64,000 nt of DNA from Macrostomum lignano. Taxonomy: Eukaryota. Location of the stretch: NCBI GenBank assembly GCA_002269645.1, contig NIVC01001163.1:165135-229134 (forward strand). The letters are read 5' to 3'. This document shows, in pieces, positions 36,634-47,490 of this stretch. Numbering within the stretch: the first letter of the stretch is position 1; each line of letters opens with the position of its first letter. Made by a program: the position numbers and the translations under genes. Under the pieces are notes generated by a model that searched no databases, had not been told where the DNA came from, and saw only the letters and a program-made list of their open reading frames with translations.

Positions 36634-37378
36634 CTACAGCGGGAGAAGGGAGGGTGAGAGAATGGTAGACAAGAGTATGGAAGCAGGATACGGTTAAAGG
36701 AACCGGGAGAAGAGGTGACGAGTGAAGAGGGATTGTGTTGATGAGAATGGGGGGAAGGTATTTAGCGCGAGACAATGAAATGAACAATTAAATCCTAGAT
36801 TACTATATAGGAAAGACTAGATGTGAGTTAGTGGATAGCGTCCTGGTAATCTAATTGAAATTGTGGACTTGAAAATAGGGATAGAGGTAAAAAAGAAGGA
36901 TTAGGAAGAATGCTGGGAAATCGTGGAGAGTAGCTCTTAAAATAAACGTCGGCTGCAACTAAAAGATCTATTAGGAGGCATTGTCTGCCAACTGCTTTCC
37001 AAAAGCATATCGAGCTGATGCCGTGGCTGCTGATACTGAATTTCAACTGCTCAAAAAAGTCAGGAATGTAAAAATTTGATTTCCAATGCCACAGTTGAAG
37101 CCAGCTATTTATTCATTGCTTCACCGCAACCTAATTAATGCCTGTGTTTCCATTTGCATTTCTGCTTTAGTGACGAAGATAGCAGTTTAAACAGTGCATC
37201 GTTACTCGCCTGAACCTACTTGTTTAAGTAACTGTTTACGAGCATAGCGGGCTGTAGATTGGACTTCAGATTAGACTAGATAAATTTTAGGGATGACTTT
37301 TATGTAATAAGTGGCTCATTCTCATTCAATAGGATTAATTTAATTCACGCGCTTCACATTCCCATCATCCGGCAGGCC

Positions 37379-38476
37379 ATGGACGCCAACTCAACATCCG
37401 AGGCCGCTGGGCGACCTGCACCTTCGATCGGGCTGGTCTACACCTTAGACAATGAGAACTGCTCAGTGAACCCTACGCCGTTGTTTGACTGGTCAAACGG
37501 GCCCACCCAAGTGCTTATGGACTGCTTGTACTTTTGCAAATGCCTCGTAGCTCTGCTCGGCCTAGTTGTCAACCTGATCTCCGTTCGAGTATTCGCGTCA
37601 TTCAAACGTCGAACACTGTTTATCTCGATGATTTTCTACCTGAGCGCCTGCGAAGTCTGCTTTAACGCGTCCGGCTTCACCTTCGAGTTGTTCTACCTGC
37701 TGGCAGTGGGCACCAACGGTCACGTGATGCCTCTGGGCGGTCCGCTGCCACTGGCCGTGGCTCTGAGCTACCTGCTGTGCCAGGCCGTGTGGGTAGTGTA
37801 CAAGGCGTCGCTAATATTGCGCAACTGGATCATCGTGGTGATCGCCTGGAGGCGGTACCGGGCGATCCGGGCCAGCCTGAACGGATACCGCAGCGGGCCT
37901 GGCAGGCGCTCGTTGCGGCTGAGCCTGCTCTGCCTGGGTGTACTGGCCGCTCTACTGACGGCTCCCCGATCGCTAGAGGTGGCCTACTACTTGTGCGTCG
38001 AGTCTCGCCAGCTCGTTCGCGTGGCGGTGGCCGGGTTCGCCTCAAGTCGCGGCTACAGCGTCTATCCGAAAATCTTCTTCGTGGCCACATCGCCTCTGCC
38101 AATAGTCTGCCTGCTGGTGATCAGCTTCTTGATGCTGTGCAGCTTGAGGAACTCGACAGATGCTCAGCTGCTTCATGGCGGCGGCGGAAGCGGTGGTAGC
38201 GGCAGTGGAGGGCGCTGCGACTCCGTCAATCGAACTGTACAGGTTCTCTGCGCCACCTTCGTGCTGTGCGAGCTGCCCATGCTGGTGGCCGGGGTGGTCA
38301 AGGACGCCGACTGCAACGAGCACTGTCCGCACCTGCAGGTTTTCATGGGAATAGCCAACATCCTCACTAGCCTGGATTCGCTAGCTAACTTCGGCGTTTA
38401 TTTCTTCTCGATTCGAGCCTTCCGGCACAAACTGGCTCCGGCTTGCGCTAGCGGGGCCGCGCCAGCGGCGAACGCA

Positions 38477-38507
<31 letters not shown>

Positions 38508-38611
38508 ACACCGCCGCTGTTGAGGCTGGCAGACGGCATCAGCGAATTCGATTGGCAGAGCAATCAACCGAGTGGGTTTCTATGCGCAATCTGATAGCTT
38601 CTGACCGATGA
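37379..38611 (+). CDS. Intronless class A (rhodopsin-like) GPCR, peptide/FMRFamide-receptor-like orphan
   Basis: 410 aa with seven hydrophobic segments: TM1 GLVVN, TM3 end IAWRRY, TM4 end PRSLE, TM6 FVLCELP, TM7 LDSLANFGVYF; poly-Ala C-tail. Confidence 0.88.
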
Positions 38612-39587
38612 GTGAACGGAACGAACGAGTGCACCTGATAACTAGCTCGTAGATCAATAGTGTATTGCCACCTGGACACACTGCAAGAAAGAGAAGGACA
38701 CACTAAAGAGACACCATGCAGCGCAACGGCTGCAAGTTGAACAATTTTTAATCATGCGTCAAGTATTGAAAGTTCGAAAAGTAAACTAGTAGTTTAGCGT
38801 TTCCATAGCCATAAGGTTAAAGTTGAATATAATATAATTTCTCATTTAATCCAGCACCCTCTCAACCAGTACTGCGAGCATTCTATGCACATTCTGTGTT
38901 GTGCTCATTGCATTACTCCTGTAAGTTTTTGTTTGTGTTTGCAACGTGCAACTGCGCCCCATCGCCGCCCCAAGCCGCCCCAACCCAATCCGTCTAGCTT
39001 ATTGTAGTGTACTTCAGTGCGATGCACAATATTGGCGCGCAAATATTATTAGTCAAGTGTTGCAATGTATTACGTAAGACTCACGCGCACTTACTCTTCG
39101 CATATATAAATATACTTGCAGGGAAGTCAGCCCATTTCTTAGATTCTTCGTGCACTCGCAAACCCTATGATTTTGTCTGAGTCACTACACTTATAAAATA
39201 CATCGATTTTCATGTCACAATCTTCTCGCAATCATAAATCTAGCTTGTCTCACAGACGTAAATTAAACATAAAATATGATTTCAATTTTAGATGAGTAGC
39301 CTTGCTCGTATTATTGGTCTAAAAAAGATATTGATGGCCATGGTGAGGTGACCTGGTCCTGTTCGGGAAAACTAAATTTTATAAATACCTCAGAGTAAGA
39401 AAGACCCTTAGGATAGAGTTCATTAGAACCTGTTAGATCTTTGAGATTTTGGAGAATCTACCAATCTTCAATAAGACTCTCATAGTACAGTAGTAGTGAG
39501 ATATAAAGTGAAGGGAGTCACGTCACAAGCTCGAAAAGTCACATCGTCGAAAAATCATTTAGCAACCACCATCAGAAGCTCGAAAAG

Positions 39588-39608
39588 GGTTAGGGTTAGG
39601 GTTAGGGC
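39588..39608 (+). repeat. Interstitial telomeric repeat GGG(TTAGGG)3
   Basis: gggttagggttagggttaggg. Confidence 0.8.
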
Positions 39609-39639
39609 AACTTGCGGGCTTTCAAAAAATGATAGTTGG

Positions 39640-40280
39640 ACAGGGGTGCTTTCACAAGGTCGAAATTTCACAACATCGAAAACTTTAGCAAGAGACTTCA
39701 CAAGGTCGAAATTTTACAAGGTCGAAACTTCACAACATCGAAAACTCGAAAAGCAGCCACTTTCACAAGGTCGAAACTTCACAACATCGAAAACTCGAAA
39801 AGCAGCCACTTTCACAAGGTCGAAACTTCACAACATCGAAAACTCGAAAAGCAGCCACTTTCATAAGGTCGAAATTTCACAAGGTCGAAATTTCACAAGG
39901 TCGAAATTTCACAAGGTCGAAATTTCATAACATCGAAACTCAAATAGCAGCCACTTTCACAAGGTCGAAATTTCATAACATCGAAACTCAAACTTGTGAA
40001 AGTGGCTGCTATTTGAGTTTTCGACCTTGTGAAATTTCGACCTTATGAAAGTGCCTGCTTTTCGAGTTTTCGATGTTGTGAAATTTCTAACTTATGAAGG
40101 AGGGTGCTTTCGACGTGAAATTTCGAGTTGTGAAACCCCCCCCCCCGAAAGTTTCCCCATGCGACTTTTTGGGGTGGGGGGTTTTACTGGGCCGAAAGTT
40201 TACATTGCCAAGTGAATCTTCGGCCTAGTGAAATTTTGGCCTTATGAAAGAGCGTGCTAGCTATTTCGGGAATGTGAATT
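39640..40280. mobile_element. Foldback element: head-to-head arrays of CACAAGGTCGAAATTT / AACATCGAAAACTCGAAAAGCAGCCACTTT subrepeats
   Basis: 39936-39963 is the perfect reverse complement of 39993-40020; symmetry extends outward through the subrepeats. Confidence 0.6.
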
Positions 40281-41059
40281 TTCGGCCTAGTGAAAGACGC
40301 TGCTAAAATGATTTTTGGGCGTTTTGAAGTTTCGGCCTAATGAATTTAATTTTGACTCTTTATGAAATTCTCCGTTCGGGGACAGCAGTACAAATTGTAA
40401 ATAAATAAAATAGCTATTATAAGAAACGATGTTCAACAGATACTTTTCTATTTTATTTATATTGAACTCCCTCATATGCTCAATCTTCGAGTCTCGAAGT
40501 CAACTAAATTCTTCCCTGCCACATCAACATCTCACACAGTTGCATTAACTGTGATTTCGGATTCGAGGCAGTTGACTAAAAAATGGAATAAAAATCGTCT
40601 TAGTGACCCAGCATCAACTGCAGGCACTTCGGAGCGAAGAGTCGGCAAAATCGGATTGAAGAGGCAGAGGCCTGGATTATTGAGATTACTGGGATTTGGG
40701 AAGCAAAGAAATCAAGAGGCTTAGCCTGTCACACATATCATCCAACAGTCCTGAGGAAATTATGCGCTGTCTTCGCCGCATCAATGGCATCGGCAGACAT
40801 GCAACTTCGGCTCGGGTAGAGAATAGAAAGCGAGCTGGTGGGATTAATCTCACACGTACGAGCTGTTCAAAGACCCGCGGTCTTAAAAAAACACACAGAA
40901 CTGCAGCAGAGGGTCGATGAACCCGCAAATTAGGCAAATTTCGGGTCTGTGTGATTTTCCCGCAGGCGGGTTTCCTGCCGAAGTTCGCCGGCAAAACTTT
41001 TCTCGCGGCGAAGTTTTCCAGTCGGAGTTTTCCCGCAGGCGGTTTTTCCTTACCCGCGT

Positions 41060-41680
41060 GATGTTTCCAGCGGGAGAGTCTCGGTGGGAGAGTCTGGGTT
41101 AGAGAGTCTCGGTGGGAGAGTCCAAGCGGGAGAGTCTCTCTGGGAGATTCCAAGCGGGAGGGTCTAAGAAGGAGAGTCTCGGTGGGAGAGTCTGGGTTAG
41201 AGAGTCTCGGTTAGAGAGTCTCGGTGGGAGAGTCCGAGCGGGAGAGTCTCTCTGGGAGATTCCAAGCGGGAGGGTCTAAGAAGGAGAGTCTCGGTGGGAG
41301 AGTCCAAGAAGGAGAGTCCAAGAAGGAGAGTCTCGGCAGAAGAGTTTCGGTGGGAGAGTCGCGACAGGAGAGTCTCGACAGGAGAGTCTCGGTGGGAGAG
41401 TCCAAGCGGGAGAGTCCAAGAAGGAGAGTCTCGGTGGGAGAGTCCAAGAAGGAGAGTCTCGGTGGGAGAGTCCAAGAAGGAGAGTCCAAGAAGGAGAGTC
41501 TCGGTGGGAGAGTCCAAGAAGGAGAGTCTCGGTGGGAGAGTCCAAGAAGGAGAGTCCAAGAAGGAGAGTCTCGGTGGGAGAGTCCAAGAAGGAGAGTCCA
41601 AGAAGGAGAGTCCAAGCGGGAGAGTCTCGACGGGAGGGTCTCTGCGGGAGAGTCTCGACGGGAGAGTCTCAATCGGCAGG
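41060..41680. repeat. GGAGAGTC-based compound minisatellite
   Basis: Visible. Confidence 0.93.
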
Positions 41681-42104
41681 AGAGTCTTAGCAGTGTATTT
41701 TAAATTACTTCCTATCTTTACAATGCATTTTGCAGAGAAAACCATGCAAGCGCGAGCTTAGCGTAATTTTAGTTTTTTTGCCCACCAGAAAAAAGCAGGA
41801 CAAACACGCAACTGAAAAATTATGCGAAAACCTGCTAGTTTTGCAGAATTTTGCTTGCGTTAGCGGCCTATAAATAGTTAATAGTACATATAATTACCGG
41901 TACATTCGATAGGCGACAGACGCGTTGTCATTGAACTCACCCTGAAAAGCACGCTTCGATCTCCTGATTAGCTGGGCAACTAAGCCACTGAGCAGGAAAC
42001 GTGATCACTTGATTGCAAAAGTATTTTTGTACCGACAGTGCTACTAAAAGTAGACTATACGTAGAATGGAAGTATACCATTACTGGTGGGTCAAATTACC
42101 ATTG

Positions 42105-42318
42105 GTGAATGAGCTCAGCTCCAGCACAATTGGTGAATGAACTCAGCTCCAGCACAATTGGTGAATGAACTCAGCTCCAGCACAATTGGTGAATGAACTC
42201 AGCTTCAGCACAATTGGTAAATGAACTCAGCTCCAGCACAATTGGTGAATGAACTCAGCTCCAGCACAATTGGTAAATGAACTCAGCTCCAGTACAATTG
42301 GTAAATGAACTCAGCTCC
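42105..42318. repeat. 28 bp minisatellite AATTGGTGAATGAACTCAGCTCCAGCAC
   Basis: Visible, about 7 copies. Confidence 0.93.
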
Positions 42319-42848
42319 TTGGAGGGGTAAGCAATTGAGCACACATCGAATACGGTCAGTATAAGCACTGAAAGTCAGAAGTTCAACAAGTAGCAGGTGA
42401 TGATATATTTCGACCAGATTCGCCTCTCACTGCTCTCCAATTAGCTAATCAGCAAGTTCCCTTCCCGTCTACGGTATTCATATCCCATATGCCGACTCAC
42501 CTCTCTGCTCAGGGCAAAACCTTTGGGTCTCTAATTGTCTTTTCGAGCCTTCCCGCACTATCCCCTGCTTCTCAAAGGTTCGCCTTTATCCGAATTTCTA
42601 GTCTCGCCACGAATGATACTTAGGGGATGGGTGTTATTAGCCCGCCTTCAGTGAGGGATGGATAAGATTATAGCCGTTGCTATGGCAAAAACAAGGCTAT
42701 AGGAAGCCGTTTACCGGCCCTACCCATCCTGTAATTTCTCCCTCACTTCCTCTCACTCTCTCTTCAGTCAAACTGTGTCTGCGTGTGCGGCCATGGAATT
42801 CTAAACCTTGCGGCAGCTTCCAATCCATGTGCTAGGTTACAAATTCAA

Positions 42849-42862
42849 GTTACCATGGAAAC
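42849..42862. promoter_or_regulatory. RFX X-box upstream of PDE1
   Basis: GTTACCATGGAAAC fits the X-box consensus GTHNYYATRRNAAC; a second near-match GTTGCTATGGCAAA lies at 42676-42689. Confidence 0.5.
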
Positions 42863-43211
42863 TGGGATAGAAGGATAAAGACGTCTCAAGTCGGCAGCGG
42901 AAGAGATGACTCTCAAGTGGAATGGGGAGAAAATCCGAGGCGAGAGCCGCCGTCTCCTCCGTCATGCTAGCTGAGAGGAGGGGCTAACGGGAAAGGGAGG
43001 GAGAGAGCCAAGGTAAGGGAAATGAAATCGGAGAAACTCGTGCAAAAGCTCGGCGCCGACAACGGGGGCGGGGCGGGTAGGGAAGGCCGCTCGAACTGGT
43101 TATAATCAGCCAGATGGATGCGGAGCCTGCAGCTCAGCAAAATCCGCTCAGAATTTGCCCAGTGATTATCGTTGCAGACATTTTAGACACTTTTTCGGAC
43201 TGCGCTTAGTC

Positions 43212-43427
43212 ATGCAGAACGGCAGCTCAAGCCGCCTGGTCTCCGTGAGGGCCGCCGCCTCCTCAGCCTCGCCGTTCGCAATGTCGGGCGAATTTCGCGG
43301 CAACCTGCAGCTGCTGCAGGCCTGCTCAGAGAAGCTGCGGCACCTGCTCCAGCTGGTGCAGGAGGGCGAGGTTGGCAAAGACGAGATAGTGCCTTCGCTG
43401 CTGAACTCCGCCAGGCTGCTGGAGAAG
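43212..43427 (+). CDS. PDE1: PDE1 exon 1 (calmodulin-binding N-terminal region)
   Basis: EKLRHLLQLVQEGEVGKDEIVPSLLNSARLLEK aligns to PDE1 RLRCLVKQLERGDV...IEYAASVLEA; AAG|GTTAGG donor; start codon choice uncertain. Confidence 0.75.
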
Positions 43428-43627
43428 GTTAGGGCCCATTGTGTATCAAAGGGAATGTGAACTTAAGGTTAGGGCCCATTGTGTATCAAAGGGAATGTGA
43501 ACTTAAGGTTAGGGCCCATTGTGTATCAAAGGGAATGTGAACTTAAGGTTAGGGCCCATTGTGTATCAAAGGGAATGTGAACTTAAGGTTAGGGCCTATT
43601 GTGTATCAAAGGGAATGTGAACTTAAG
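43428..43627. repeat. 40 bp x5 array starting exactly at the PDE1 exon 1 donor
   Basis: Unit GTTAGGGCCCATTGTGTATCAAAGGGAATGTGAACTTAAG. Confidence 0.95.
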
Positions 43628-44227
43628 AACTTGTGAACTCTTTAAGGCTGGGGTTTTTTGCATATCAAAGTCGGAAATGTCTTGGGGACTTCTTTCAGCT
43701 TTTGTCTTTTTTCGTCAACGAGGCAGTCCTACGTTTCGAAACGTCGGGTTGTGAAATGTGTGATACAAACCCCCTCCCCCCGACGCTATTTATGTCTCCA
43801 TCAAGGCGGGAAAACACAATGAGAGCTGTGGTGAAAGGGATAACAAACATTGTCAAACATTGGGCTTAACTATCGCTCCTATTCTTCACATAAACATAAA
43901 AAGAGCGTTTATCATGGTCATCTCGTCAGTTAAGCATTGGAAGCTCCAAATGAAGGGATTGGGATAGAAAAACCGGGACCCAATGCTTCAGGCTCAGTTC
44001 ACATGCTTCAGTTCACACCCCTTTTGGCAGGGAATTGTTGGCGTCCTCGTCTCCTCCTCTGTGCTAAACATCGAGCAAGGGATCGATATCGAATCAGGTC
44101 ACGAATGCTCACTAAAATACCCACTCACTTTTCCAGCCTGTCTATCACCTTTGATTCGAACTTTCCAATTTGAGTGTTCCGCCAATTATTCTATAAGATT
44201 CAAATGTCAACGTTCGTTCGTTCGCAG

Positions 44228-44572
44228 GTGTTTGTCGATCGAAGCAAAGGCATGCGAGCAGACGAGCAGGAAGAGGATCTGTTCAGCTTAGCCTCGGCTA
44301 CCGGCGTCGGCGGCGTCGGCGGCGGCGTCGACGCGGGCCGGTCCGATGTGGCGTCGGTGCCGGAGCGGGTGCAGGAGTGGCTGACGGCGACTTTCACCAG
44401 GCGCGGCAGCGTCACAGCGGTCGGCGGTCGGCGGCGGCTGCGAAGTCTGGCCACGGTGGTGCAGACCAGCGTCTACTTTGAGAAGTTGTTCCGCAATCGC
44501 GGCTTCGGCCGAGGCGTTGCCGGAGTGGCCGCCGCGGCGATGCAGCAACAGAAGAAGCTGAGGGTAGGAAAC
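44228..44572 (+). CDS. PDE1: PDE1 exon 2 (PDEase_I_N region)
   Basis: ttcgttcgcag acceptor; SVPERVQEWLTATFTRR...RLRSLATVVQTSVYFEKLFR matches the PDE1 signature VPSEVRDWLASTFTR...FRSIVHAVQAGIFVERMYR; AAC|GTGAGT donor (alternative donor at 44563). Confidence 0.88.
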
Positions 44573-44665
44573 GTGAGTAAATTAGGGGCTCGAACTTGGC
44601 ACCTCGGTTACTAGGAGGATTTTAGATTTTATCCAAATCCCACGGTCTCTCTTGAAAAGGTATTA

Positions 44666-45305
44666 GACCTAAGAATCCCACTGCCGCTCTCGCACACCTG
44701 TGCAGGATGAGTAGCAAGGTGCTAGACTTAAGAATCCCACTGCCGCTCTCGCACACCTGTGCAGGATGAGTAGCAAGGTGCTAGACTTAAGAATCCCACT
44801 GCCGCTCTCGCACACCTGTGCAGGAGGAGAAGCAAGGTGCTAGACTTAAGAATCCCACTGCCGCTCTCGCACACCTGTGCAGGAGGAGAAGCAAGGTGCT
44901 AGACTTAAGAATCCCACTGCCGCTCTCGCACACCTGTGCAGGAGGAGGAGCAAGGTGCTAGACTTAAGAATCCCACTGCCGCTCTCGCACACCTGTGCAG
45001 GAGGAGAAGCAAGGTGCTAGACTTAAGAATCCCACTGCCGCTCTCGCACACCTGTGCAGGAGGAGAAGCAAGGTGATAGACTTAAGAATCCCACTGCCGC
45101 TCTCGCACACCTGTGCAGGAGGAGAAGCAAGGTGATAGACTTAAGAATCCCACTGCCGCTCTCGCACACCTGTGCAGGAGGAGGAGCAAGGTGATAGACT
45201 TAAGAATCCCACTGCCGCTCTCGCACACCTGTGCAGGAGGAGGAGCAAGGTGATAGACTTAAGAATCCCACTGCCGCTCTCGCACACCTGTGCAGGAGGA
45301 GGAGC
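44666..45305. repeat. 59 bp x11 array containing the PDE1 exon 3 acceptor
   Basis: Unit GACTTAAGAATCCCACTGCCGCTCTCGCACACCTGTGCAG|GAGGAGRAGCAAGGTGMTA. Confidence 0.95.
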
Positions 45306-45927
45306 CTGATGAGGAGCCGCTGCCGCCAATTTTGCTGGCCATACCGACTCGGGCTCTGGCCTTCCTTGAGCAGTCGGCCCACCAGTGGGACTTCGATCCG
45401 TTTGCGCTGACCGACATGACGGGCGAGCGGCCCATTCGCAGCATGGGACTGTACCTGTTCCACCAGTTCGACTTGACTGACAAGTTCGGCATCCAGCTGC
45501 CAGTGCTGGAGGCCTTCCTCGACCTGGTGGAGGAGGGCTACAAGCGACACGGCAACCCGTACCACAACTGCACCCACTCAGCGGACGTGGCCCAGACCTG
45601 CTGCTTCATCCTGTCGCGCCACGGCCTCGCCAGCTGGCTTAGCGACATCGAGGTTCTGGCTTTGCTCTTCGCGGCGCTGATCCACGACTTTGAGCACACC
45701 GGTACTACTAATAATTATCACGTGCAGAGCCGGTCCCAGCTTGCCGTGGTCTATAATGACAAGTCCGTGCTGGAGAGCTATCACGTGAGCGCCGTATTCC
45801 GCAAAATGCACGAACAGGGGCCAAGTGCAATTTGGTCAAATGCTTGAGTCCGACAGAGTACAGGCAGTTCCGGTCTCTGGTCATCGAGATGGTGCTGGCT
45901 ACGGATATGTCCACGCACTTTGCTCAG
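45296..45927 (+). CDS. PDE1: PDE1 exon 3 (catalytic domain), with a 1-nt frameshift near 45818
   Basis: NPYHNCTHSADV, HDFEHTGTTN, YNDKSVLESYHVS, then in the shifted frame AKCNLVKCLSPTEYRQFRSLVIEMVLATDMSTHFAQ; CAG|GTGAG donor. Confidence 0.9.
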
Positions 45928-45954
45928 GTGAGCCCTCTGAAGCTCATGATGTGC

Positions 45955-46800
45955 GTTTTTGATGAGCTGAGACTGCTTTTGCTCATGGGGTGCTGCTTGT
46001 TGATGAGGTGAGACTGCTGTTGCTCATGGGGTGCTGCTTGTTGATGAGGTGAGACTGCTGTTGCTCATGGGATGCTGCTTGTTGATGAGGTGAGACTGCT
46101 GTTGCTCATGGGATGCTGCTTGTTGATGAGGTGAGACTGCTGTTGCTCATGGGATGCTGCATGTTGATGAGGTGAGACTGCTGTTGCTCATGGGGTGCTG
46201 CTTGTTGATGAGGTGAGACTGCTTTTGCTCATGGGGTGCTGCATGTTGATGAAGTGAGACTGCTTTTGCTCATGGGGTGCTGCATGTTGATGAGGTGAGA
46301 CTGCTTTTGCTCATGGGGTGCTGCTTGTTGATGAGGTGAGACTGCTTTTGCTCATGGGGTGCTGCATGTTGATGAGGTGAGACTGCTTTTGCTCATGGGA
46401 TGCTGCTTGTTGATGAGGTGAGACTGCTTTTGCTCACGGGGTGCTGCATGCTGATGAGGTGAGACTGCTTTTGCTCACGGGGTGCTGCATGCTGATGAGG
46501 TGAGACTGCTTTTGCTCACGGGGTGCTGCATGTTGATGAGGTGAGACTGCTTTTGCTCATGGGATGCTGCATGTTGATGAGGTGAGACTGCTTTTGCTCA
46601 CGGGGTGCTGCATGCTGATGAGGTGAGACTGCTTTTGCTCACGGGGTGCTGCATGCTGATGAGGTGAGACTGCTTTTGCTCATGGGATGCTGCTTGTTGG
46701 TGAGGTGAGACTGCTTTTGCTCATGGGATGCTGCTTGTTGGTGAGCTGAGACTGCTTTTGCTCATGGGATGCTGCTTGTTGATGAGGTGAGACTGCTGTT
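45955..46800. repeat. 40-41 bp intronic minisatellite, about 21 copies, each with GAG|GTGAGA
   Basis: Unit TTGTTGATGAGGTGAGACTGCTTTTGCTCATGGGGTGCTGC. Confidence 0.95.
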
Positions 46801-46834
46801 GCTCACAGGTATTCCCAACAACCGTCCTGTCCAG

Positions 46835-47075
46835 GTAACAGCCATGAAGGACGCCATCCCGTGCCCCGAGAACCTGCCCCGGGTGGACATCCTGGCTTAC
46901 ATCCTGCACGCCGCCGATATCAGCCACCCGGCAAAGATCTGGCGACTTCACGAGCGCTGGACAGGCAAACTGACGGCCGAGTTCTTCGCCCAGGGCGACC
47001 GCGAGAAGGAGCTCGGGCTGGCCTGCAGCCCGCTGTGTGATCGCGACAAGACCATGGTGGCCAGCTCTCAAGTTG
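46835..47075 (+). CDS. PDE1: PDE1 exon 4 (catalytic domain)
   Basis: ILHAADISHPAK...EFFAQGDREKELGLACSPLCDRDKTMVASSQVG; G|GTGAGT donor. Confidence 0.92.
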
Positions 47076-47177
47076 GTGAGTCCAGATGCAGCCACATTTG
47101 GTTTGAGAAATGTCACGATAGGGTTTTATGGGAAATTGTTTGGCCTTACATTGGTTTGTTATTAGCTACGAGCTACC

Positions 47178-47490
47178 CCTGACAGTCAAATATTGGCGCC
47201 ATTAACACTCAAATATTGGCGCCATTGACAGTCAAATATTGGCGCCATTGACACTCAAATATTGGCGCCATTGACAGTCAAATATTGCCGCCATTGACAC
47301 TCAAATATTGGCGCCATTGACACTCAAATATTGGCGCCATTGACACTCAAATATTGGCGCCATTGACAGTCAAATATTGGCGTCCTTGACACTCAAATAT
47401 TGGCGCCATTGACACTCAAATATTGGTGCCACTGACACTCAAATATTGGCGTCCTTGACACCCAAATATTGGCGTCCTTGACACCCAAAT
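47178..47490. repeat. 23 bp intronic minisatellite TGACAGTCAAATATTGGCGCCAT
   Basis: Visible. Confidence 0.93.

Noticed and set aside
34608-36787. 600+ aa Pro/Ser/Leu ORFs and RG-rich ORFs
   Set aside because: Products of the GA-rich repeat, open on both strands.
46801-46834. GCTCACAG at 46808 as the true PDE1 exon 4 acceptor
   Set aside because: In the required phase it hits TAA after nine codons; 46834 gives the conserved alignment.
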